From IMG/VR virus record IMGVR_UViG_3300044825_000904, positions 1 through 64,000 of that record: a stretch of 64,000 bases of DNA; one strand, given 5' to 3'. The notes below the pieces were generated by a model. It worked only from the letters and a program-made list of their open reading frames with translations, had not been told where the DNA came from and searched no databases. Below, piece by piece: positions 53,742 to 63,275 of the stretch. Numbering within the stretch: position 1 is the stretch's first letter; each line of letters opens with the position of its first letter. The stretch is from a virus. The translations under genes and the position numbers were made by a program.

Positions 53742-56174
53742 TTATCTTGGGTTGAATTGCTCTAAATCAAAGCCATCTAGAGAGTCTTCTTCTGATTCGA
53801 AGTTCATCGCTGGAAGGTCTTTTTGACGTTGTTCAATTAACTTAGATTGTTGAGTAGCTTGAAGTTTTGTGCGATCGTCTTTAGCTTTCTCCTTATCCAT
53901 ATCCAACTGCTTAACCTTCTCTACCTCCATGCCTCTTAATTGCATGTTATAGTTAAATTCAACAGCCATAAGTTGTTCTTTAATCTGAGCTTCTGCTTGC
54001 ATGCGTTGAATATCAAACTGCATCTGTGCTTGAGCAATTTGTGCTTTAGCTTGTGCTTCTGCTTGTACTTTTTGTAATGACGCTTGAGCTGCCGCTTGAG
54101 AAGATTGGATATTACCCTGAGTCTGCATTTGAATCTTAGCTTGCTCATTCTCCATATCTTTCTTACCCTTATCCTTACGCTTCATCTTAAGCAACTCGTT
54201 AGCTAACTTAAGATTCTTCATTTGACGGATATCAATAGCATCCTCAAGAGTAATTTGATCACGCTGTAATGCCATCTGAATGTTAGCCTCTAATTGAGCC
54301 TTCTCTTCTTCGTCAGGAGCAACCTCAATGAAAATACCAAAGTCGTGTAAGTACAAGTCTTTAATCTCCTCTAGAAGACCAACAGCATACTTACCGATTT
54401 GCATCGTAAACTCTTCTTTGAAATCAGAGTATTCTAAGATATCGGCAACACGAAGCGATAACGCTTCAGATAATCTACGAGTAATAAATAAACTTCCTTC
54501 TAAGATGTGGCGAGTTGCTGTGTTTGAATTTAATGCAGCAAGTTTCTGTACGCCAACTAATGCATCAGGATTAGGAGTAGAAGCATCACGAGCTTCATTC
54601 AATCCTGTTACATCACGTATCATGCTCATGTACTGATTGTATGCATTAATCAATGCAGTAATCTTACCTTGACCACTATTAGTATTAAGTTCTTGAATAG
54701 GAATACGACCATGGTTTAAATCACCATCGGTAGTCATACTACGTCCAATAACACTACCAGTTTGGAAATACAAACGAAGAGCATCTTCAGGATTGTAAGC
54801 ACCACCAGTTCCTAAGTCAACCTCATTGATACCATCAGCATCGATGAACACACCATCCGGCACAACACGTTGTAGAACTTGTTGTAATTTAAGGTGGGTC
54901 ATTTGAATTAAGTCAGCAAAAGGAATCATACGACGAGTCAATGACTCGATGATACCTTTGTACATTCTTGGTGCTACAGCGATGTAGTTTGGTAACGCAT
55001 ACTGAGAAGCAGACTTAGGGCGAACCATATTGCGAGCAAGCTCCCACTTAAGTAAATAAGGAGATCCAGGTACCATAATACCTTCGTACCATACATCAAT
55101 TCTCTTTTCAATTCTCTCGAATCTTTCTTCAGTTCCTTCAGGAGGGTTGAAATTTTCATCTTTTTGGATTACACGAACGCCATTGTTCTCAAGGTATTTC
55201 TTCTTGTAAACAAACGTCTTGTCAGTTTTATAATTAAAATATAATAACGTAACTACATCTCTGTTAAAGATGTCGCTACGATAAGGACGCATAATTCCAT
55301 AATAATTGTACCACGCTGTTCCTAATTGTTGAATCTCTGCCAACTCCTCTTTTGTAATGTCTGGCTTAATCTTAATTAGTTCAGTGATTGGTACTTGCTT
55401 TACTTCTCCCCAATAGAAACAATCGTCAAATGTTGGAGATTCAGTGTAACTATAAACAATGTTAGCGGGGTCAACATACTCAACACGAACTCCTGTTCCT
55501 GGTACAAATGAGTGCTTTACTACTCCGATACCGATTGTTGTGATGTCGTAGTCGACCCTTTTACGAACGTCTTGATAATGATTTAAATCTAAGATAGTAT
55601 TGATTGCCTCCTCTTCAGCAATCTCAATTGCAGGCTTATAATTAAGCTGCATATATAACGATAACTCTTGGTCGTTCTCTGGTAAATCTTCCTCAGGAAC
55701 ATTAAATGCATCAATACCAAACTCTTGCTTAGTTTGAACTAATAGGTCTTTAGCAATCATATCTGCCTCAACCATCTCTTGAAACTTAGAGCGTTTGTTT
55801 GATGACATAGCATCTTGTGCATATGCTTTAACCTCAAATAATCGGTCATGCATACCGTTAACAACGATGTCAACAAACTTAGGGATGATTGGTACAGGAG
55901 TCCAGTCTAGGTTAATGTGCGACATGTCGCCATCAACTTCTAATTGGCTTTTATATTTAGCTACTGGTTGTTCACCACGAGCATAAAGTCTAACTCTATG
56001 GAAATCAATCCATTGTGAATAGTATCGGCAACTGTTGCCTGTCTTTGCAAACCATTCATATGAAATGCTTTGCCCAATTCTTAAGCCATATTCCCATGAT
56101 GCCTTTTCCTGATCAGTCGCTAACTGCGAAGGGAATTGGGTATCTGGCATTAATATTCCAAGAGGTTTGTTCAT
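53742..56174 (-). CDS. Portal protein
   Basis: RLYARGEQ; LDW.PVPIIPKFVDIVVNGM; Gln-rich C-terminal barrel; follows terL. Confidence 0.88.
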   Translation of the reverse strand: MNKPLGILMPDTQFPSQLATDQEKASWEYGLRIGQSISYEWFAKTGNSCRYYSQWIDFHRVRLYARGEQPVAKYKSQLEVDGDMSHINLDWTPVPIIPKFVDIVVNGMHDRLFEVKAYAQDAMSSNKRSKFQEMVEADMIAKDLLVQTKQEFGIDAFNVPEEDLPENDQELSLYMQLNYKPAIEIAEEEAINTILDLNHYQDVRKRVDYDITTIGIGVVKHSFVPGTGVRVEYVDPANIVYSYTESPTFDDCFYWGEVKQVPITELIKIKPDITKEELAEIQQLGTAWYNYYGIMRPYRSDIFNRDVVTLLYFNYKTDKTFVYKKKYLENNGVRVIQKDENFNPPEGTEERFERIEKRIDVWYEGIMVPGSPYLLKWELARNMVRPKSASQYALPNYIAVAPRMYKGIIESLTRRMIPFADLIQMTHLKLQQVLQRVVPDGVFIDADGINEVDLGTGGAYNPEDALRLYFQTGSVIGRSMTTDGDLNHGRIPIQELNTNSGQGKITALINAYNQYMSMIRDVTGLNEARDASTPNPDALVGVQKLAALNSNTATRHILEGSLFITRRLSEALSLRVADILEYSDFKEEFTMQIGKYAVGLLEEIKDLYLHDFGIFIEVAPDEEEKAQLEANIQMALQRDQITLEDAIDIRQMKNLKLANELLKMKRKDKGKKDMENEQAKIQMQTQGNIQSSQAAAQASLQKVQAEAQAKAQIAQAQMQFDIQRMQAEAQIKEQLMAVEFNYNMQLRGMEVEKVKQLDMDKEKAKDDRTKLQATQQSKLIEQRQKDLPAMNFESEEDSLDGFDLEQFNPR

Positions 56175-58384
56175 ATCTTGTTAATTCTACTGAAGGAACC
56201 AGTGTTATCGTAAGTTGCAAATTTAATGCTTATTTTTGACTCTTTTTTCTCAGGCAAATATACGTGCTTTTGATTTGCCATAATAGCATATCCTGAACTA
56301 ATTGACGCATCAAATTTAGTTCTGTCGTTTACGTCGAATCTAGCCCAGTCCTGAAGTGTCTTATTGAACGGCATATCGCCTATTTCATCAGGCTGACGGT
56401 AGTTACCCTCCATATCTAATCCCACAAAACGCTCTATGTATGTCTCGATTGCTGTGGCGTGTGCTTGCTTAATATCTTCACTTGATGACGGTATACCACC
56501 AATCTCTCTTTCTGTGAATGACAGTTTGTGTGCGTGCTTATCAGGACGGTTCATTGAGAACCCACGGTAGCCTCTATTCTTAAAGTGATAAAGTAGACGT
56601 GCTTTGTTGTTCTCACAAAGAATAGGCATGCCATAGAATACGCAAGCCATCAGCACCTCTTCGAAGAATATCTCTGCTGTCTGTGGACGAGCAATATATT
56701 CTAAAAAGAATTGGTTGGATGGTGCACCTGTCATATTAAACTTGGTTAACCCATGGAGCGAACCGTTTGATCCACCAAAGGTCGCACCTGAGATGTCGTA
56801 GGGGTCACAGCCAAACGCACCAATATGCTCATTACCCGGATATCTATTCCCATTCTTAGTAATATAATTATTGTTGATGCCTGGTCCAGGTATCCAAGAT
56901 ACTAGGAACCGACCATTCTTATCGGGTGTCCAAACAACCTTGGTGTCCTTCTCTCCGTTAGCCCAGTGAAAATAGCCACGTGTTACGACGTGGTCTTGTA
57001 CCAAACTGTCATTGTAGTCTATCTGCTGATAGATTTTAGTCAAGTTAAACAGAGATGACTTGGTCTCATCACGGAAAGCGTGTGACTCTGTTCTAGGGAA
57101 CTGACGATAGAATTCATTCAGTGCATCAGGGTTAGCCTTTAACGATGCCACCTCATTGTTCCAATACTCAATTACGCCTTGTGTTATCCAAGTACCCTCT
57201 GCTGAACGCACAGGCTTCTCAGGACGTTCTAATACTGCGTGACCGTACTCGTCAATATATCCCTCAAAGTTATACTCCATTGGAATAAAGAGCGAATATA
57301 GACCCGATATAGTCTGACCATTCTGGTTTCTTTTCCTGACGTTCGAGTCATAATAAATACGTTTATAGTTTTCTCCACCTTTATCTAGTGCATTAGATGT
57401 TGATCCCATCATACACTTACCGATAATCCTAGCACCTAGACGAAGACAAGTTTTTCTGACACGCCAACCGTTCTCTATGTTCATAGGACGCTCTAACTTA
57501 GCGGCCTCATCTTCAACCAAATATAATAATTTTTCTCCATCATAGGAGTTGTCTGCTGTGTTACGCCAGTCAATCGTTGTATCCAATCCATCAATCTCTT
57601 CCTCGTTCTCCTCGTGCATATTCTTACGAGTAATCTTAGAAGCTGGTACACGGAATGCAAGTTCAGTCTTTGGTGTGGTCATACCATCACGCACTGGTTG
57701 AAAAAAGAATGGATAGTTATTTGCAATCGGAACTACCTTATCGGTAAACATCTTTTTAGCATCGGGACCTGTCTTAGATGTTAAACCTATACGAGCATCT
57801 TTAGCTAAAGTTGCAATGTTAACAGCTTCTGATGATGCCATAAAAGAGAAACCTGAACGACGGTTCTTAAGGTAGCACATACCAAAGCATCTACTATCAG
57901 CCTTGCATGCTTCCCAAAATATAAAGAATACTCTGTTTGATTCACGGAAGTCAGGATGACCTACGTCGGTCTTTGACCATTGCAGATACATATAATGTGC
58001 ACCTGTGATGTAAGTCTTCTCGCCATTGTTAATAAACCAATAGCCAAGCTCACGTCTGTCAAACTCTTTTTCGATGTAGTCTACCCATTGAGACTTAAAT
58101 GAATTGTCACGACGGTTCCAATCAAAGATGGTCTTGATACGAGATAATTCTTTTGGGAGCTCGGTGGCTTTCCACTTGTTGCCATCGTAGTCAACCTTAT
58201 CAGGAGCTAGTGGCAGAGCAACTCTTAGACCGCTGATATTGTACACCTCTCCAATCGTGCCATCTTTTGACACTACCACAAAGTCATACTCAGGATCCCA
58301 TCCATACTCCCAATCTTTCTTTGCATTTCTTTTTGCAAGGATTTTTTCAGGAACATTAGAATCTTCAATGTAGAATAAACTCAT
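56171..58384 (-). CDS. terL: Terminase large subunit
   Basis: KNRRSGFS Walker A variant; LVEDE Walker B; GST; GCDPYD nuclease motif; ENN. Confidence 0.9.
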   Translation of the reverse strand: MSLFYIEDSNVPEKILAKRNAKKDWEYGWDPEYDFVVVSKDGTIGEVYNISGLRVALPLAPDKVDYDGNKWKATELPKELSRIKTIFDWNRRDNSFKSQWVDYIEKEFDRRELGYWFINNGEKTYITGAHYMYLQWSKTDVGHPDFRESNRVFFIFWEACKADSRCFGMCYLKNRRSGFSFMASSEAVNIATLAKDARIGLTSKTGPDAKKMFTDKVVPIANNYPFFFQPVRDGMTTPKTELAFRVPASKITRKNMHEENEEEIDGLDTTIDWRNTADNSYDGEKLLYLVEDEAAKLERPMNIENGWRVRKTCLRLGARIIGKCMMGSTSNALDKGGENYKRIYYDSNVRKRNQNGQTISGLYSLFIPMEYNFEGYIDEYGHAVLERPEKPVRSAEGTWITQGVIEYWNNEVASLKANPDALNEFYRQFPRTESHAFRDETKSSLFNLTKIYQQIDYNDSLVQDHVVTRGYFHWANGEKDTKVVWTPDKNGRFLVSWIPGPGINNNYITKNGNRYPGNEHIGAFGCDPYDISGATFGGSNGSLHGLTKFNMTGAPSNQFFLEYIARPQTAEIFFEEVLMACVFYGMPILCENNKARLLYHFKNRGYRGFSMNRPDKHAHKLSFTEREIGGIPSSSEDIKQAHATAIETYIERFVGLDMEGNYRQPDEIGDMPFNKTLQDWARFDVNDRTKFDASISSGYAIMANQKHVYLPEKKESKISIKFATYDNTGSFSRINKI

Positions 58385-58842
58385 ATCTTTTTTAAGAATG
58401 CAACCTGTATAATTCTAGAATATTCTCCTTGCCCATAGTTATCAAAAATATTTCTTGAGTGAAGAATTGTAGAATCAAATATAAATAGTCTATTAAACTT
58501 TGCGTTGGTAATTAGTATCTTATTATAAGATTCGTCATACAATGTAGTGCCGTCATCTTTAGGTGGATTCTTTGTTAGATATAATATGGCAGTCAAATCT
58601 CCCATCATCTCATCCGTATGAATGAAGTTTGGCTCTATTTGGCCATAAGGAGATAGACGAATAAAGTTATGAGCAATCTCATAATCAGGATACATATTAA
58701 GTAGCAATTGAGCTACCTCATCCCCATCCCTAGGTTGTATGCCTTTGAAGACTTTATGTCCATCGGGCACATCATAGAATTGACCACTTAAAACATTCTT
58801 TAAGTGATGGTCAGGATTCGGTAAAAAATTATCTACTACCAT
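58381..58842 (-). CDS. 2OG-Fe(II) oxygenase-like protein
   Basis: VVDNFL..P; IHTD; ILYL; GT..Y; FNRL.IFD....HS; R..QV.F. Confidence 0.75.
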   Translation of the reverse strand: MVVDNFLPNPDHHLKNVLSGQFYDVPDGHKVFKGIQPRDGDEVAQLLLNMYPDYEIAHNFIRLSPYGQIEPNFIHTDEMMGDLTAILYLTKNPPKDDGTTLYDESYNKILITNAKFNRLFIFDSTILHSRNIFDNYGQGEYSRIIQVAFLKKI

Positions 58843-59123
58843 TATTTACCTTTTGCTCTTTGTTCTGCAAACCCACGGTTAGTAGGTGCAGAGTTTCCAA
58901 CTACTCCCTCAATAATATTATTCTCCTCCTCGACTCTTTTAAGAATCTCAAAAGCATCCATGATGGCTAACTTCTTTGCTGCGGCTGCGTTCTTTAATTT
59001 GTCTGCAGACAAGTCATCATCCATGTGGGTAACAATCTTCTCCTCAGCAACTTTAATCAACTCTTCAACGGCTTTATATCCAGAGTCAATGATGCGTTTC
59101 TTTAACTCAGTTATTTTGTTCAT
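58842..59123 (-). CDS. Putative terminase small subunit
   Basis: Helical 93-aa ORF upstream of terL; KNAAA.KKLAI.DAFEIL, GFAE.R. Confidence 0.5.
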   Translation of the reverse strand: MNKITELKKRIIDSGYKAVEELIKVAEEKIVTHMDDDLSADKLKNAAAAKKLAIMDAFEILKRVEEENNIIEGVVGNSAPTNRGFAEQRAKGK

Positions 59124-59670
59124 CTAATTTAATTGTTAAATTCTTAGTATACATACGATACACTTTCTCACCATCAATATAGAATGGATACTCGCTCTCA
59201 GGCTCAAACGTGACCGTGTCACCCTCTTTTAATCCTAGTGCTAGTACTTCTTCGTTTGGATACTTTATCGTGCCTACAAGAGGCTTCTCTGCGTCCGCAG
59301 TAAGTATGCCTGTGCTATAGTTCTCTACCGGAGAGATGAACACGTAGCGACCAATACCAATCCAATCGGACCCTGGCTTCTTGTATGCATACGGATCATC
59401 AATAAAGTACAAGTCATCTCGGAAGTAATTCCAAGCAGACTTCTCTCTACCACGCATATCGTAATACAACCTAAAAGTATTGTGATGCACAATGACCGTG
59501 TCGCCTGGTTCAACAGGACCCTCGTATCCAATAGGCGTAGAGATAACAACAGCCTCACGCATAGTGGCAAGGTGGTCTTCTTTCGATGTAGAAATAATAA
59601 GCTCTCCCCTCGTGTTGTCATATCTCTTGCCATCACGGGGTTGCACTATAAAGTAAAATGGGGACTTCAT
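59107..59670 (-). CDS. Tandem GroES-like domain protein
   Basis: Two repeats of FIV.P/VFISP...G.V/I...GDTV. Confidence 0.6.
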   Translation of the reverse strand: MKSPFYFIVQPRDGKRYDNTRGELIISTSKEDHLATMREAVVISTPIGYEGPVEPGDTVIVHHNTFRLYYDMRGREKSAWNYFRDDLYFIDDPYAYKKPGSDWIGIGRYVFISPVENYSTGILTADAEKPLVGTIKYPNEEVLALGLKEGDTVTFEPESEYPFYIDGEKVYRMYTKNLTIKLDEQNN

Positions 59671-59671
59671 A

Positions 59672-59890
59672 TTAGAAATCTATATTATATTCAATTAAGA
59701 ATGGCATATTGCCATTAATCTTTTTCCATAAGACCACCTCATCGTTAGCCTCAATGAAGATTTCAATATCTCCTGCTTCGGTCTGACGAATCAAATGAAT
59801 CTTGTAGTTTCCTTGGAGTACAGATTGATTATGCATATAATTCATTGCATTCTTATAATCTGCACCAACTGATATTTTACGAATTACCAT
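59672..59890 (-). CDS. Conserved hypothetical protein
   Basis: IRKISVG.DYK.AM.Y...WK.....MP..IEYNI.F. Confidence 0.7.
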   Translation of the reverse strand: MVIRKISVGADYKNAMNYMHNQSVLQGNYKIHLIRQTEAGDIEIFIEANDEVVLWKKINGNMPFLIEYNIDF

Positions 59891-60131
59891 CTTTGTTCTT
59901 GATTTCTCCAGTCGCAAAGTCAATCGTGATATCTCCGTACTTAGCGTGTAGTTCTTGTTGGATAGCAACGTGTGTTGTACCAGCTGTATCTAACTGAGCT
60001 AAAATAGATTGTTTCTCTACTTTGGAATTGTGAATTGATATCTCAGCATCTGCTAATGCGTTGCGAAGATTTCTGATTTCTGTATGAGCGGCTCTGAAAC
60101 GATCCAACTCGTCTTGTGTTAATTTATCCAT
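59877..60131 (-). CDS. Coiled-coil hypothetical protein
   Basis: KYG...ID..TGEI C-terminus. Confidence 0.7.
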   Translation of the reverse strand: MDKLTQDELDRFRAAHTEIRNLRNALADAEISIHNSKVEKQSILAQLDTAGTTHVAIQQELHAKYGDITIDFATGEIKNKDGNS

Positions 60132-60180
60132 TGTATTATATTTTTTTGTAAAAGTACTAATTATATTTTAATTTTAGCAT

Positions 60181-62208
60181 ATGAAGCTACTATACTTAAT
60201 TCCACATTGCTCAACTGGAGGGATGCCCGGTTTTGTTTTAAAGAGTGTTCAAACTCTTTATAAGACATTTGAGATTGAGGTAGTAGAATATCAATGCCAT
60301 AGCTTAGACTATGTCGTGCAACGAAATGCTATCAAGGAGCTAGTTTCTTTTCATACTTTGCACGAGGACAAGATGGAGTTGTTCAACATCATCGCAAAAT
60401 TCAATCCCGACATTGTTCACATTCACGAGCCATCTGAGCGATTTAATCGTGATATGATTTCTGAGTTATATCGGGAAGACCGAAACTATCGAATCGTGGA
60501 GACGTGCCATGACGTGTCATTTAAACATGACATAGAAAAGATATTTCACCCTGATGCGTATTACTTCTGCACGCCATATCACTTAGAGACATTCGCTTCA
60601 TCTCCATCTTACAAAGAAGTGATTGAGTTTCCTATTGATGACAGGACTAGTGAGACGTATGAGAATCCTTTTTATACAAACAAAATAAACATAGTAAACG
60701 TAGGTCTTTGGACTCCTGGTAAGAATCAAGCTGAGGGGATTGAGATAGCTAGAAAGTATCCCGAGATGGACTTTCATTTTGTCGGAAACCAAGCTATAAA
60801 TTTCAAGCATTACTGGGAGCCATTAATGAAGGATTTGCCATCTAATGTTCACGTGTGGTTGGAGAGAAATGATGCACATAGGTTCATTAAGATGGCAGAT
60901 ATCTTTATGTTCAATTCTACGTGGGAGTGTAACCCACTAGTATTACGTGAGGCAATATCTTTTGGTAAACCAATCATTGCCCACAACCTGCCACAGTACG
61001 GCTCGATGTTTGATAAGTATATTCAGCCTATCGACACCGATCTAAATACTATTAAATGTAATTACAATGTACCTACAGATAATACATCAGTTAAATTCTG
61101 GGACAAGCAAAAGGCATTCTACAACAAAGTAATGACGCTAGACAAACAAGAACAAGATGTTAAAATCATCCAACACTTTGTTGGTCAGCCATACCTAGAG
61201 ATTAAGTCAGGACTGAAAGCCGACTTTAAGGTACAATACTTTGATGCTGACAAGTTAGTCTATGAGAATACTATCGGATCAAACTGTTGGGTCAAACTTA
61301 ATAGACAATACTATACTAAGTGGCATAGTAAAGTCTATATGGATGGTAGACTAATACACGATAACGTACTTGACCTAGAAGGCAAGCGTGTGTATATCGC
61401 TTTATCTAGTAAGTCATTAGGCGATACAATTGCCTGGGCACCATATGCTGAAGAGTTTCAGAAGAAACATAAGTGTAAGGTAATATTATCTACATTCTTA
61501 AATAAGATATTATTTATGCCTGAGATAGAGTTAGTGGAACCTGGAACGGTTGTGCCTAATATCTATGCTCAGTATAACATTGGTTGGTTCTATGATTCAA
61601 ACAAGGAGCCTGAGTTACCAAATACTATTAAACTACAAGAGGCAGCTACCAAGATTCTTGGTCTTGAGTTCAAAGAGATTAAGCCAACAATAATATATCC
61701 ATACAAAAAAGTAATAAACGACACTAAGTATGTGACCATTGCTACCAACTCTACATCAGGGTGTAAGTTTTGGACAAAGGAAGGTTGGCAAGGAGTAATT
61801 AACTATTTACACGAGAAAGGCTATAAAGTAATTAACGTATCGCTTGAAGAGAATCCGTTCGATAATTGTGAGCAGATTATTAATCACAACATCTTTGATA
61901 CGATGGCGTTGATCGACCACAGTGAATTCTTTATTGGATTGGGAAGTGGTGTGAGTTGGCTTGCTTGGGCTCTAGGTAAAGAAGTAGTTATGATAAATAA
62001 CTTCGCTGAAGAGGACCACGAGTTTGAGTGTATACGCATCACAAATAAAAATGTTTGCAATGGGTGCTGGAACAATCAGAACTTTAAATTTGACAAATCG
62101 TGGGACTGGTGCCCTATATACAAAAATACTCCTCGACAATTTGAATGTCAGAGGAGTATAACTGCTGATGATGTAATTAATAGACTAGTCCTTCTTAAAA
62201 ACATTTAA
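60181..62208 (+). CDS. Fused glycosyltransferase: GT4-like N-domain + TibC/Aah-like O-heptosyltransferase (GT9 fold)
   Basis: PH.STGGMP; VGLWTPGKNQ; WECNPLVLREA; V.I...SKSLGDTIAW.PY..EF..KH.C; FFIGLGSG.SWLAWA; CNGCW..WCP..FEC. Confidence 0.85.
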   Translation: MKLLYLIPHCSTGGMPGFVLKSVQTLYKTFEIEVVEYQCHSLDYVVQRNAIKELVSFHTLHEDKMELFNIIAKFNPDIVHIHEPSERFNRDMISELYREDRNYRIVETCHDVSFKHDIEKIFHPDAYYFCTPYHLETFASSPSYKEVIEFPIDDRTSETYENPFYTNKINIVNVGLWTPGKNQAEGIEIARKYPEMDFHFVGNQAINFKHYWEPLMKDLPSNVHVWLERNDAHRFIKMADIFMFNSTWECNPLVLREAISFGKPIIAHNLPQYGSMFDKYIQPIDTDLNTIKCNYNVPTDNTSVKFWDKQKAFYNKVMTLDKQEQDVKIIQHFVGQPYLEIKSGLKADFKVQYFDADKLVYENTIGSNCWVKLNRQYYTKWHSKVYMDGRLIHDNVLDLEGKRVYIALSSKSLGDTIAWAPYAEEFQKKHKCKVILSTFLNKILFMPEIELVEPGTVVPNIYAQYNIGWFYDSNKEPELPNTIKLQEAATKILGLEFKEIKPTIIYPYKKVINDTKYVTIATNSTSGCKFWTKEGWQGVINYLHEKGYKVINVSLEENPFDNCEQIINHNIFDTMALIDHSEFFIGLGSGVSWLAWALGKEVVMINNFAEEDHEFECIRITNKNVCNGCWNNQNFKFDKSWDWCPIYKNTPRQFECQRSITADDVINRLVLLKNI

Positions 62209-62454
62209 GAATTGAGCCTTAGCTAAGATAGTAACAGTCTCGCTATCTTTAATAAAGGTCTTAAGAGTCTCTTGGTCAGATGAGTCTAGGTCAAGGATAT
62301 CGCCTTTGTTTAAAGCAAGAGCCCATTCCCAATACTTCACAGCATCACCTTTGGTTTGCTGAATAAGTGTGTTAGCTAATAACTTTCCTGCATTAGCACC
62401 TTCTAGTTCTTTACCGTCTAAATCGGTTAGATTAAAATTAAAATTAAGTTTCAT
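62185..62454 (-). CDS. Hypothetical protein
   Basis: 89-aa ORF after the tail fibre genes. Confidence 0.65.
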   Translation of the reverse strand: MKLNFNFNLTDLDGKELEGANAGKLLANTLIQQTKGDAVKYWEWALALNKGDILDLDSSDQETLKTFIKDSETVTILAKAQFLNVFKKD

Positions 62455-62474
62455 AATATATTTTTTTTGTAAAG

Positions 62475-62810
62475 TTACACAATAGGTTCTTCAACTACAA
62501 CTTCTTCTTCTACAATTGGCTCAGGAGGTACTGGAGGAACATATTCTCCTGTAATAACTAGGTTTAATTGACCTGCAATCCAATCCCAAGCATAAGTATC
62601 TTGTGACCATTCTGCATAAGCCTCTCCTGTCATAGACAGATTACCTTGAGCAACTTGCACTCCTACATTGCCATCTTCGGTTGTAGTAAATAATCCGTAC
62701 CAAAAAGTAGCAGATGTATTTAAAGTTACATTTACTGCATAAGAGTTAAGGATAGTCGCTTGTTGTACTGTACCATTGTCCCAAATTGAGACTGCTTCGA
62801 TAGTTTTCAT
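62475..62810 (-). CDS. Putative tail-fibre-associated protein
   Basis: GNL.M.GE.Y..W....AW.WIA..LNL, acidic Pro tail. Confidence 0.55.
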   Translation of the reverse strand: MKTIEAVSIWDNGTVQQATILNSYAVNVTLNTSATFWYGLFTTTEDGNVGVQVAQGNLSMTGEAYAEWSQDTYAWDWIAGQLNLVITGEYVPPVPPEPIVEEEVVVEEPIV

Positions 62811-62839
62811 TTATATATTTTTTTTAAAATTACTAAAAA

Positions 62840-63274
62840 TTAAGGACAAAAAAGTTGTCCTGATACAATTTGTATCGATCCGTTATATCCAGCAGGTAAT
62901 GTAGTTTGAAATATTCCATTGTAATAATAGAACACAGGACTACCACTTGGTAGTACATAACGCTGACCCAATCCCAATACAGGAGTAATCTTAGTCCACG
63001 CAGCAGGTCCACCTGAGCAATGATTAAGTTGATAATAAGTGTAAGAAGATGCTACTAAATTGCTTTTAACTACTAATTGATTATCAGTCTTACCCGATAA
63101 AGGAGAAGTCTGAATATCCACTGTTGTTAAAGCACCTAGCTTAGTAACTTCCCTATTACTAGGTATACCTGGAGGAGGTATAGTTCCAATCTGTATAAAT
63201 ACATTATTATTTACCGCATCCTGAAGATTAGCCCAACTCACACATTGATTACTTGCTATTCCTGCCCAAGACAT
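62840..63274 (-). CDS. Small virion protein with Cys-clamped module
   Basis: C-terminal ~65 aa homologous to the C-terminus of 44616-48734. Confidence 0.65.
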   Translation of the reverse strand: MSWAGIASNQCVSWANLQDAVNNNVFIQIGTIPPPGIPSNREVTKLGALTTVDIQTSPLSGKTDNQLVVKSNLVASSYTYYQLNHCSGGPAAWTKITPVLGLGQRYVLPSGSPVFYYYNGIFQTTLPAGYNGSIQIVSGQLFCP

Positions 63275-63275
63275 A

